Origin: Fidelibacterota bacterium
GTDB taxonomy: Bacteria > Fidelibacterota > Marinisomatia > Marinisomatales > TCS56
DNA length: 58,953 bases
Reading direction: 5' to 3'
Assembly: GCA_013203115.1 (NCBI GenBank)
Contig: JABMQW010000206.1
Coordinates: 1-58,953 of the forward strand
The position numbers and the translations under genes were made by a program. The stretch's first letter is position 1. Every line of letters starts with the position of its first letter. Of this stretch, positions 20,401 to 23,895 are shown piece after piece. Below the pieces are notes generated by a model. The model had not been told where the DNA came from and searched no databases. It saw nothing but the letters and a program-made list of their open reading frames with translations.

Positions 20401-21550
20401 TAGCAGCATAATATCCGTAAAGATACAGGTCATCAGTGTAAATCTTGATTGAATCCAGGTCACCGAAAGGCGCATCGCCGACAGGATCACGCCAGGCTAC
20501 ATTAATATTCTGCCAGTCAGTATTGAAGCCATCCAGCGAAATATTGATCTGGGACGGTGTGACTGCTTGATTTTCGGAATAATCACTGAAACTGCCATCG
20601 GTATACTTGACCCGGATTCTATAATAATAGGTGGTGTCGTTTTCCAATCCGGTATCCAGGTAGTAGGAGTCTGAGGAGGTCCCTCCCATAATGCTGTCAA
20701 CAACAGTTGTGGGGTTGGCTGAAGTAGCGCGGTAAATATAATACCCGGCCAGATTCCCGGCACTGGAAGCCTGCCAGTTTAAGGATGCTTTCAGATCGCC
20801 GGTGGCAGCGTATAAATCTTTCGGCGCGTCAGAATAATTGATTTGAATTGCGAATTCAGGTTGTAAATATGATCCGTTATTGGTAATGGTGTGCCCGATC
20901 GTTCCATTACTGTTTTGCCATCCAACATGCAAGTTAGAAAAATCGGCGGATGACAATGAATTATATTGGAAAACAATTGTACCATCTTCATATAAAATTA
21001 TTTGAAATGTATTAGGATCATAACCACTGTAAAACGGAACTTCCCAGAATTCAATAATATGCCTGCTGTTGTCTGCATCGTAATAGGAATAGGCCTTATC
21101 CATATCGGCAGAGGGAAAGCCCCCATCCTTAAAATACAGATCGTCCCAGAAAACGGCCAACATGTTTCCGGGGGCACTGCTGGTTGGAAGCGACACGGCA
21201 TTATTATATGAATCACTAAGATTAGAAAAAGCAATAAATCCATTTGTGGAAATCCCGAATGAATTATAGGTGTTTCCATAATAGGGGAAGTCAAATCCGA
21301 TTGGAATCGCATTTTTAACTGTATCATCACCGGATAATGCCAATGGACCACCAAAACCAATGATCTCGACCCAATTATAGGTCGGTCCTCCGGCATCGTT
21401 ACTGCTAATCCATTCATACCCGTAGCTATCGCCATTGGCCATAGCAAATGTGGTTAACCCAATCACGGATAAGAGCGCCGCAATTAATACAGTACGGTAT
21501 GGTGAAATTCGATTGTAATTATTTCGACAATTAGCTGATTTGGTCTTCAT
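2486..21550 (-). CDS. Giant (6,354 aa) secreted mosaic surface protein: NIDO-like N-domain, FN3 repeats, 7-8 right-handed beta-helix modules, Big/Ig-like array, T9SS C-terminal sorting domain
   Basis: Single uninterrupted ORF with an ATG start. Signal anchor TVLIAALLSVIGLTTFAMA. FN3 signatures recur (L.W......L.GY.VY...DTTYYF.V.A). Beta-helix modules are rich in GGA(I/V)(Y/F) and N..F..N rungs. Big-like repeats read (D.FDN.V.D...V.W.I...TD.NG.A.V.L.T). The C-terminal motif is NFPNPFNPKTTI...SGIYFYV. My residue count was checked against nucleotide anchors at aa 707, 1362, 4819 and 5076. Confidence 0.92.
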   Translation of the reverse strand: MKTKSANCRNNYNRISPYRTVLIAALLSVIGLTTFAMANGDSYGYEWISSNDAGGPTYNWVEIIGFGGPLALSGDDTVKNAIPIGFDFPYYGNTYNSFGISTNGFIAFSNLSDSYNNAVSLPTSSAPGNMLAVFWDDLYFKDGGFPSADMDKAYSYYDADNSRHIIEFWEVPFYSGYDPNTFQIILYEDGTIVFQYNSLSSADFSNLHVGWQNSNGTIGHTITNNGSYLQPEFAIQINYSDAPKDLYAATGDLKASLNWQASSAGNLAGYYIYRATSANPTTVVDSIMGGTSSDSYYLDTGLENDTTYYYRIRVKYTDGSFSDYSENQAVTPSQINISLDGFNTDWQNINVAWRDPVGDAPFGDLDSIKIYTDDLYLYGYYAATTGIRWEDRYIYFDVDTNSATGFPNRGIGADYSLYFYNEDVSYRKWNGSNWNTLWSDDLSFVYGGGERWVEFKIDLDAIEDPDAIYYYYQTGQDNLPDDGFLAYASRKEAPDAPADLTAVADSAQVILRWAANDPTDLAAYYVYSSESSPVQTTIGNRIDTLLAQSPPDTFTTITGLGNDTTYYFVVTALNTDNRESEASDEIMAIPNRMHEQLVELLHLNASQSKTDPEYIFNTGSEDVKNQALYLAGDLSDAGIPSESWLMAVELKPTSVISELQNFRIGSDWTTATQLNSYQDLSDNIVHGPMAYNQSEFANNEWKRFGIAPPQQWDGIKNWLLEASNDNGPTANGGGVHIRNVSTHRMVVGEGGGGNYPFPGMNSWSEPQVLAVRVAYSPIEPVGSLTATPGHKQIDLTWVAPSSGTVAEYIVYNGTSPGTIEPVATLPNSATNYSVTDLVNGTPYYVGVQVKSNADEYSGVALAQAVPEWTGPNWYVNEVYGGTLYEGSPEAPYTQIQDAIDVANANDTVLVLPGSYNTGDDQYLRFAVSDGGGGFNVKNLVLKARGGPDSTLIDGENSKRLFDFIDGTDTTTQIIGFRIAFGGSSNNQGSAIQFNNSRAKFINCYIDSCTGDRTAAVVLINNSIAYFVDCKLRNNTNNSASDYVHGGAFYITNNSKLILDRSIVRYNSTSANSWEACGTAGVYLDFDIGNLLTVINSVIADNTTNVSLGPSNGAGIGVYQGRTIIINSTIANNQHLGNSTGGAGIKIEGNQGNELTIFNSIIYGNEPINDQIMFYNGSVSHAISYSILHDLDPDDYENGNLNTDPEFASYSLHDRSPAIGAGDFIAEDANGNPIQAPATDIDGNARPTSGIYGPDLGAYENALLISPYPSPPTNVVTNPLHRVVELSWNASDSLDVLKYYVYQSEDSTNWVSVDTIAGRLNTNDTIRNLNNKLYYWFGVTAVDDDDPVHESSMAVSQMVSPEYTGPIWYVDADSLDGSGPFEGSPEYPFIKIQDAIDAAASSNDTVMVLPGTYQGVGNFELDLGPKNLVVRSEKGSDSTIVLSDGNHRHFHFGYSSSYTQKIIGFTLQNGEEISGGAVTIQNSFPIFRDVVFYNNHAEVGGAVHINGQGGAQFYGCKFIGNSVGSEDFHLNVFGGAVFAQQNSDVSSAQVIFNRCIFRDNEALSSQAAYGGTLALEARTDLINCLIANNTAQSFSSNNWAAGGGIYFHSESQGLLRIINTTIAYDSTFSNYESRGGGIYLNSTSGIPQQLVMFNTILWGNYGSVFNEENFTEHYDANIEARANLVENGELFDWFNGNNQSLSLDPQFEDPANLDFTLSDYSPAIGAGVAAFDGNSAPTVDILGGVRPFPGGSDPDLGAYEDSLATSPYPQQVPSLMADAASYSVQLIWDELPPDNNPNLDYFIVYQGDSLTFSATAGDSIAQILASAVSGGKYTHLVTGLDNDTTYYFRVAAHNSDGYTGIASPVAAATPGYNEPIWYVDVDAAIGGDGSPEQPLQYIKYGWDGNANFSAGDTIMVLPGDYITNNDTELDAPAEQFVLMSLEGPDSTTIDGSGFRRFISFNGNNDTNTQVIGFTIQNCKSSDGNNGGAVTTGASPKFVNCRFEDNYLVNSGQHGGAVYVWGSGAPAFESCTFYRNHVNGKGGAVYIESDQAQPTFSACVFDSNYTTHTSDGYGGAIGGQASPITVERCTFVDNIAPNRGGAISLYHDWNPSSGWVKITNSLFADNKTTVQNNSAGGAVHIRNIKLYMQHVTVADNTCNLNNSFDDLLGGAVFVQDAQSYFQNSIFWNNTPTPTYDGQINYAQNQGNVQVHNCLIEDGLFYPGTNTVDFDPQFEDSENGDYRLSSASWAIGAGDLTVYEPTIPATNYTITGRDLADSARVNPSESNPDLGAYESIYAVSPHPDPVADLAALVDDQQVTLSWIANTESDLSHYIVYVSQTPDFVPQPSDSVGRVDKPGTDCTVTGLINDLTYYFQVSAVDSGLRESNFGQELNATPNSFHLQVVELLHNNAISNPFNEQGYPFNNAYKKVKHQSLYLAEELTAAGIPDNAWISGVDLKPSFISGDIDNLRLGYTFTAGTELNSFENTSIFYGPEMFVVEDITADEWMRFYTEPIQINSNNWVLEYSHDNDYYGFNGGAYLRQVDGMRGRRGYSDVGTWPFSGMSNEVPEDQVLAVRVVYSAIEPVDNLQAVPGHHQVEITWDAPVSGTVTRYLVYSGQNADSLALSDTATTNTITITGLNNREEYYIAIQVESDAGEFSTMIIIEASPMYVGPVWYVDPVSGTFNGEGSPEEMAQSIKPMIMASSDGDTILLKPGTYSGFDNRNLDFQDGWDQGGVRDLVLIGEKGADSTIIDISNSGSFLDVSSGESIASKLIGITIQNANSGAIIISNNSQLVVKNCVFRDNSSSSGGAIILSNASDLRVRSVLFEGNSASCPGGAISIGNSTADIKNSIFYDNYAGCYGGAISIDEDQSVLQMVHCLILDNSAESGPGGIMYQSMNPQVNVYNSIFWGNTQNPGFSNDINEASIVDHCILQEGSAVINLGTNWTFDPMITDVENGNFTLSEYSPAIGLGLEDYNDFWQGAFTLVPASDYFSSDRPNPVGSLPDLGPIEHERAEPRRWVYSVAPAPAGNDSNDGISAPFLTIQRAIDETDMLDTVEVAAGTYVGDDNKNLDFGGMDIVLRSTDGPDTTIIDCENSGRGFEFSSGEPPSAKVIGFTVRDGNADEGGAIAIYPDTLGNPTSPTFWNLKLVDCGVTGEGGAIYADNSNSLFANLVIANNSADSAGVAYLDGGSVTFLNNTIVGNRSNDSNGIVYVAGEHNVLNSILWDNTVNGNEIWFDDGTRSLIDVRYTNVMGGYDGEGNLNLRPGFVNVADTNFHLAEWSPMIGAADTALFTSLDYDLNPRTISGTTWPDMGAYEHAGMEPDLTNYTNMDWYVSTTGDDGSGTGSDGSPFWSIQYTTYYALYSDTIRVEAGIYNQNATVKDKPIAFKATDGPATTVVDGGGNSRVFDISGSGPGGFYLEGFTIQNGVADFGAGINLQNTGGTIRNAVISGNSAIAGNGGGLRSFVDDSTQTYTLSIDNTIITANSSTTYGGGLSTGQTTVNISGCEISNNTSEHIGGFFFGGDRASFQMSDCIISGNQANGSIGGGGFSSSIGTVTRTLIVGNEANLNPSGGGTEAGGIEIWAGASVVFDNCTFSDNSAEYGGGLTVGSSAVATVTNSILWGNSPEQLALHLTDIEVGTIDISYSLAQGGEDSVYIAPDAGSPILTWGAGNVDRDPRFVGVDDYHIMANSAAVNAGDPTDTDTDYTVRDMGVYPYLNNYSGPDWYSDAVFGSDSDGTGSSGDPFASIQAPINFASPADSIFVEEGTYYENVKFRGNYHKLVGVQGSANTIVDGGGNGPVFDLSGTGVDNPTVLEGFTITNGYAYRGGGIYSNGSSLVLRNLIVSENTATAFGGGAALRNVDPVFIPTVLVENCDFINNHSDYMLGGLYVKDCSTTIDSIKVLGNTADSSYAGLYITGNVGGGFTVANSIFHGNQTNGFAAAGGFDSFAFGTVSYSIISDNSANLEMSGSHSGGFSVWEGSSVDFINCTIANNTADHGAGLTTGNGGAATLRNCVVFGNTPDQLAGDTDQGQGGTITVNYSDVEGGEAGPNLSPESLFYWGIGNIDADPLFVDAANSDFELQLLSPCVDTGDPADTFDPDGSVRDMGALPLFRNIVGGNTGGNNVVITGDTTTIILTDLIVDPNDSLIVEPGSNVYVGDGVKINILGTLDAPGSPAEPISFSTLHEGEEFGGVVLRGGSSPGREIPEYSYLSISDVANDSIPLTITESAILNHMTIAGNDRSQPSLSVGETVTLNYSILESSVNATTLTENHSFVNDTTHFVDLAGGYLSLLDTSIAIDTGIAEAGTNLDPDSTYSDAGAYYHDQSAYPTVTATVIYPAFGDTIIANPDISTVNFNGLSIRSQLLNEYGRAKTNAIVDWDFNTINGSLLNNNTVSTDLDGFVLNTFYTSTTAGDLNQFTIISDGVQDTSGFFRVIPGAPDSLALPAEFSLDTAMIQLDELTLAVDVYDQFDNLVSDGDTVNWTIVPVVGDGDGFTIVTTPTFTDANGQATVDLTTDPNTTLVVGDAIRLEAESNDSTVQTMLITIVPDDIYNLSMPESLTADTIDLSADVASIVITATMIDTFENPLEGVDISWSITTDSSPDSALSSSITPTDAAGVATVELTTGTVAGYEYWVEAWINEESLMAALNNQANTDAIRVAGNVTTTNKKGSVSTRQITLPVNIGQPVFPDNWDREAIYDLEDTTNVIRIVPGVPDTVIFEIATDTVMTRQDSIEFVVDIFDQYDNLVADSSLVTWELGIIFGGGEGGLSFSDSTSITVGGSANVVLITTDTLWLMAGQHYEVIATCEGIESRSEPIHIVNDDPYNLIVDDAYDRTPEADANTVELEVTIFDRFDYPLEDVPVYWSIIQGTGGGLENGDLLDTTLTYEAIATNTLTTATLSGSEYRVRIWVDNVGGYTLSRSTGGESVFKAQPAASTGKLAFSAMPETPLSVLSAGSRTDFQLDDTTDVITVLPGVPAGVVFDLTNDTTLTQLEALPVAVTITDQYGNLVADSTSVDWVIEGVVITGFVLDTVTSVTTNGIAINVLRTAPTAALGTTVTVKAQSGTAFISSNDVVVVADDPYNLTVDDAYDRLPVADNNTVPMTVTLIDTFENVLDAVPVYWSIIEGTGGSFDNTDLLDTTLTGVGGIATNTLTTVTLSGSEYRVRIWVENVGGYTFSRSIGGESVFSVLPAASTGKLAYSTMPETPLSVLSAGSRTDFYLDYTTDIITVLPGVPAGVVFDLTNDTVMTQLEALPLVVTVTDQYGNMVIDETIIDWTIEGVATTGFNLDQNTTLATNGIGINVLRTDPAAVLGTTVTVKAQSGTAFISSNNVVVVADDPYNLTVDDAYDRTPVADANSVPLSVTIIDTFENVLDAVPVYWSIIEGTGGNFDNSDLLDTTLTGVGGIATNTLTTANTSGSVYRVRIWVENVGGYTFSRSIGGESVFSVLPAASTGKLAFSAMPETPLSVLSTGPRTDFYLDYTTDVITVLPGAPVTITLDNPDKIRYLFQGDQDSIIIHVFDAFDNSVADTSVVNWNPVYTGGEYSIDMQENVTTAGRAKLNLTADQNAPWLAQIDFAILVESVFDANYAEDSITYIIDDKIPPGAVIGLTITPAEWDSVNSFDLSWSNPPEHSGVKGAHYVIDTNTYYYQEEPGIIAVDDIALFENGISTIGVWLEDNAANKDIENIVSMVAKWDNVAPDAFTLDDPVPSATPGWLKISDPVFSWNHSSDATAGLRHYRFELTGTVTYTIDPEQDTLKLDDPLAEGSSYTLSVFAVDSAYNETESNTVTFGVDLTLPKVTEHNEANDKPIDTEFTLDISFKDDVSGVNTIICKYRVSGETDWNTSTKTSTVAVGVVDDKTFTVQSQFVTHTGVEYKFELTDNAGNIYYYPDDKEYYSVQVRENDGFSSTTMWSQGIPNGSSVAAYQLISFPGVPTNTSPHEILVTASGFGAYDNTKWRFFTYETGEWIEFANIPDIEKSKAYFLIVMDGGKNINTGVVRTVKTEVPESVSLTNGDWAFIGNPFNFTIPLENVYDENGLSVAGDENFQSYIGGAWTGVTALEPWQGYIFKSATAQTLFINPNIENGGTAKILDNAVNSLEDDEWLIDITARNGYARDLHNRVGVLHRAQDTYDPMDNFEPPLLPGGISLRIDNHDWPANGDIYTTDIKSINPEGSFWDMEVVASDKKYSVALNFAGLEDLPEEYDIFLIDKSIGTAQNLRGRPDYYYAIGSAKSTRNLRLVAGTRDFVNANNAGVALYPESYSLSQNFPNPFNPKTTILVSIEDDAFVDLVIYNLLGEVVTTLAREEYLPAGYYNYIWAGKNDHGRRVASGIYFYVSRIKSPSGKMLLNSTKKMILVK
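2489..2767 (-). other. T9SS type-A C-terminal sorting domain (aa 6262-6354 of the giant protein)
   Basis: QNFPNPFNPKTTILVSIEDDAFVDLVIYNLLGEVVTTLAREEYLPAGYYNYIWAGKNDHGRRVASGIYFYVSRIKSPSG. This matches the canonical Por-secretion-tail / FlgD-Ig-like pattern from my memory of the family. Confidence 0.75.
5081..7915 (-). repeat. In-frame tandem coding repeats of about 774 nt (257-258 aa; two Ig-like domains per unit), 3.6 units
   Basis: Every unit starts with DD(P/I)YNL. Unit 0 (diverged) is aa 4546-4818 (7097-7915). Unit 1 is aa 4819-5075 (6326-7096). Unit 2 is aa 5076-5333 (5552-6325). Unit 3 (partial) is aa 5334-about 5490 (5081-5551). Units 2 and 3 share runs of more than 100 nt of near identity. 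The track shows identical shadow ORFs at 5104, 5878 and 6652 (774-nt spacing). Confidence 0.9.
8576..18949 (-). other. Array of right-handed parallel beta-helix modules (7 complete plus 1 degenerate), interspersed with FN3 in its first half
   Basis: Module spans in nt: 17765-18949, 16265-17467, 14675-15940, 12521-13552, 11606-12502, 10406-11569, 9221-10387, and degenerate 8576-9217. In the best-conserved copies each opens with ..WYV(D)..GSPE.P...IQ.AID.A...DT(V/I)...PG.Y. Those copies close with DP.F.....D(F/Y).L...SPAIGAG....PDLGAYE; the later modules are degenerate at both ends. Confidence 0.7.
13805..14365 (-). repeat. Unassigned ~188-aa module, copy 2 (aa 2396-2582)
   Basis: FHLQVVELLHNN...KHQSLYLAEELTAAGIPDNAWISGVDLKPSFISGDIDNLRLG...EDQVLAVRVVYSAIEPV aligns along its whole length with aa 593-780. 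Confidence 0.7.
19211..19774 (-). repeat. Unassigned ~188-aa module, copy 1 (aa 593-780)
   Basis: MHEQLVELLHLN...KNQALYLAGDLSDAGIPSESWLMAVELKPTSVISELQNFRIG...EPQVLAVRVAYSPIEPV. It is a paralogue of aa 2396-2582 and, like copy 2, sits between two FN3 domains. Confidence 0.7.
19423..19431 (-). repeat. G9 (coding-strand C9) homopolymer inside the giant ORF
   Basis: Plus strand reads ttGGGGGGGGGcaatg. Coding strand reads GCC CCC CCC CAA = A707-P-P-Q710. It is the longest G/C homopolymer I noticed in the window. Confidence 0.9.
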
Positions 21551-21610
21551 AGGACACTCTCAAAAAATTTGTTTGGTGTTGAATTCTTTCATTGGAAATA
21601 AAAACTATAA

Positions 21611-22336
21611 TTAATCCGGTAACACCGGTGGATTTGGCAGAACCGCCGGCTCCTCTTCGCCTAATAGAACATAAGCCGCTCCGGCACCCCCGACTACAAT
21701 TAATCCGGTCCAAAACAGCCAGCCCAGGCCACCTTTTTCCTTGGCTGGAGCTACGGCTGCTACTGGCTGCAACCCGGCTCTTTGCGTGGCCAGTAATTCT
21801 TCCGGTGGATTAAGACTCATGATTTTCCAGGCCAGGATTTCAATCTCATTCAACAATCCATCGATCTCACCTTTGTAGGTGGCACTGACAGTCTTTTCCG
21901 TCTTGCCGCTTTCCACTGAGAACATCTTGGCGTCAATCGTATAACTGTTTCCCAGTTTTCCGAACGATCCGGCGATCATGTGCTGGACGCCCAGCAGGGC
22001 GCCGACTTCGGCGGCACATTCGGCGCTGGTACACCCGGATTGTTGAAAGCCTTGCTCATCGAGGATTTCATTCATCTGGTTACGTTCCACCAGAATCAAG
22101 GCGTTGGTACCGGCCAGTTCGGAAGTAAAGCGATCCGTCAGGGTCTGGGCTTCCATCTGGGAGATTCCCCGACCTTCAAAATCAAGGATGGCCACCGTCT
22201 CCTTTTCCTGACCGGATGCTACTACAGGCAGTGTTACTTGTAAAATTAATACACTCAGGAAAAGGCGCATTCCTGTGGCAAAAATGGATCTATTCATAGC
22301 TCTCTCTCTTTTCCCCGACTGGGGAAGCTGTTTCAC
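21611..22336 (-). CDS. CsgG/FlgO/LpoB-like (TolB-N-like fold) envelope protein with a C-terminal membrane anchor
   Basis: 241-aa ORF. The real start is probably an internal Met (MNRS.. at 22297 or MRLFLSVLILQ.. at 22270). Motif: VAILDFEGRGISQMEAQTLTDRFTSEL..LVERNQMNEILDEQGFQQSGCTSAECAAEVGALLGVQHMIAGSFGKLGNSYTIDAKMFSVESGK. C-terminal hydrophobic helix LGWLFWTGLIVVGGAGAAYVLLG. It ends 60 nt upstream of the giant ORF start. Confidence 0.6.
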   Translation of the reverse strand: MKQLPQSGKRERAMNRSIFATGMRLFLSVLILQVTLPVVASGQEKETVAILDFEGRGISQMEAQTLTDRFTSELAGTNALILVERNQMNEILDEQGFQQSGCTSAECAAEVGALLGVQHMIAGSFGKLGNSYTIDAKMFSVESGKTEKTVSATYKGEIDGLLNEIEILAWKIMSLNPPEELLATQRAGLQPVAAVAPAKEKGGLGWLFWTGLIVVGGAGAAYVLLGEEEPAVLPNPPVLPD

Positions 22337-22362
22337 AGATGGCTTTTAGACGGAAGCGAGCT

Positions 22363-22986
22363 TCAGCCCTCATTAGCTTCCGCTAGTAATTCTTCAAATA
22401 TTTGGGATAATTCCCCTTCAAAATCCTCACCTTCATGAAAGCCCTGTTTAATCAGACGAATGGTCCGATACTTATCGATTATAAACAGGCGTGGCAGGGT
22501 TGCTACCCCATATTTTTCTTTCACAACACCTCGATTATCATTTAAAACCTGAATTGTTATCCCTTTATCTGCAAGAAACGGGCCGGATTTAGGCGAATCC
22601 TCAAACCCGGGTGAATTACGGGTCGCTTCGGTTATATCAATAAGGAAAAATTTAATCTTTTCACTGCCGTATTTCTGGTAAAGATTTTCCAGGAGCGGCA
22701 GTTCTTTCATACAAGGTTTACACCAGGTGGCAAAGAAGCTCATCACCACAACGTGACGATCAGGCTGAGTTTTAAAGCGTCTTAAACGCTGATCTTTTTC
22801 AATCGTCCAGTTCTTTAAAAATTCAAATTTGGCCGGGGCATACATCAAAGCCCAACTGGGAGCGATATCGTCTATTTTAAATGAAGTCTCTTTAACCGCT
22901 GCATCAACCGGAATAATCACCTCCTCCTGAGCCCAACTCAGACTCAAGAGCGCTGTAAAAAGCAATATTAATACTCGTATTATCAT
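22363..22986 (-). CDS. TlpA/ResA-like periplasmic thiol:disulfide oxidoreductase (thioredoxin fold)
   Basis: CxxC active site in VVVMSFFATWCKPCMKELPLLENLY. Signal anchor MIIRVLILLFTALLSLSWAQ. The track ORF extends to 23055 but would then overlap the upstream gene, so the ATG at 22986 is preferred. Confidence 0.8.
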   Translation of the reverse strand: MIIRVLILLFTALLSLSWAQEEVIIPVDAAVKETSFKIDDIAPSWALMYAPAKFEFLKNWTIEKDQRLRRFKTQPDRHVVVMSFFATWCKPCMKELPLLENLYQKYGSEKIKFFLIDITEATRNSPGFEDSPKSGPFLADKGITIQVLNDNRGVVKEKYGVATLPRLFIIDKYRTIRLIKQGFHEGEDFEGELSQIFEELLAEANEG

Positions 22987-23027
22987 TCTAATGTTATCTT
23001 TCGTATTTTTATAATTTGGAAAAGCGG

Positions 23028-23894
23028 TCAATCGAGTAAGAATAATACCCGGCAATCCCGCAGTACATTATTGGCGGAGTTGGCCTGGTTGATTTTCATT
23101 ACATCGGCGTTGGCAATAACTACATCAGTACGGTTGGCACCACTAACACTGACGGCTTTGACAACCAATGGACTGCCCTTAACCCGCATATCTTCCTGAG
23201 CGGCTTCCAGAGATTTGGAATAGCCGGCCACACCATTCGTGACGGCATACTCGCGGGTATAGTTACCTGGTCCGTAAATGGTACCCATGTTTTGATCCAT
23301 AATTTTGGGCGCCATCGCGGGGCGAATACCCAATCCCCGGGCATCGATGATTATGCCAGTCACGGCGGCGGCGGTCGGTTCTACGGCCGTTGTGGAAAGC
23401 ACTGGTGTTACTGCTCCACCAGCGGCTGTTGGTTCAGCAAATCCGATGGACGGCGTAATAACTTCTGATATTCCACTCATGGAAACAGCCATTGTCAATT
23501 CCACCGATGTGTCGCTTAAATAGCGCGTCTCACCCACTTGGTAAGCACCGCGAATAACCCCGGAAACACTTTCCTTGACGACTTCATCGGCCATCCGGTT
23601 GCGCATGGTGGTCTCACTGGTGAGAGTAATTCCATTGACCATCTCAACCAACTGACGGCGGGCATCCACTTTCGCGGCACGAATAGCCATCGCCCGGGCC
23701 TGGCCGGCGTTGACGGCATATTCCGGAATCGCCCCGATACCATTGGCGGTAATAATACCTTGGGAATAATTTATGGCTCCATTATCGGTTTCTTCGATCA
23801 CAGCGCCGGGAACTACCCCATAGCCATACTGGGCCAGACTTAAAGAACAACATGTTAACAGGATAATAAAAAGTTTCTTCATTGCTGCCTCCAT
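23028..23894 (-). CDS. LPP20-family (FlgP-like) lipoprotein-like protein with an additional conserved C-terminal module
   Basis: Signal peptide MKKLFIILLTCCSLSLAQ (alternative start 23882). LPP20-type motif NAGQARAMAIRAAKVDARRQLVEMVNGITLTSETTMRN..VSGVIRGA. Second module: TGIIIDARGLGIRPAMAPKIMDQNMGTIYGP...VKGSPLVVKAVSVSGANRTDVVI. Confidence 0.6.
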   Translation of the reverse strand: MEAAMKKLFIILLTCCSLSLAQYGYGVVPGAVIEETDNGAINYSQGIITANGIGAIPEYAVNAGQARAMAIRAAKVDARRQLVEMVNGITLTSETTMRNRMADEVVKESVSGVIRGAYQVGETRYLSDTSVELTMAVSMSGISEVITPSIGFAEPTAAGGAVTPVLSTTAVEPTAAAVTGIIIDARGLGIRPAMAPKIMDQNMGTIYGPGNYTREYAVTNGVAGYSKSLEAAQEDMRVKGSPLVVKAVSVSGANRTDVVIANADVMKINQANSANNVLRDCRVLFLLD

Positions 23895-23895
23895 C

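Noticed and set aside
2986-21447. Dozens of 60-190-aa ORFs on both strands nested inside 2486-21550, for example 15208-15642, 15317-15886 and 20998-21447.
   Set aside because: All are fully contained in the 6,354-aa frame. They have low-complexity or odd composition and no start context. Such ORFs are expected by chance in a 19-kb stop-free region.
2486-21550. A diversity-generating retroelement or other targeted hypervariation acting on the variable repeats of the giant gene.
   Set aside because: No reverse transcriptase gene and no template-repeat/variable-repeat pair with adenine-specific differences is visible. The differences between repeat units look like ordinary divergence.
21551-21610. 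A terminator or independent promoter in the 60-nt gap before the giant ORF.
   Set aside because: No GC-rich hairpin or T-tract is present, and I could not identify a convincing promoter motif by eye. The question is left open and flagged as a test of the operon hypothesis.
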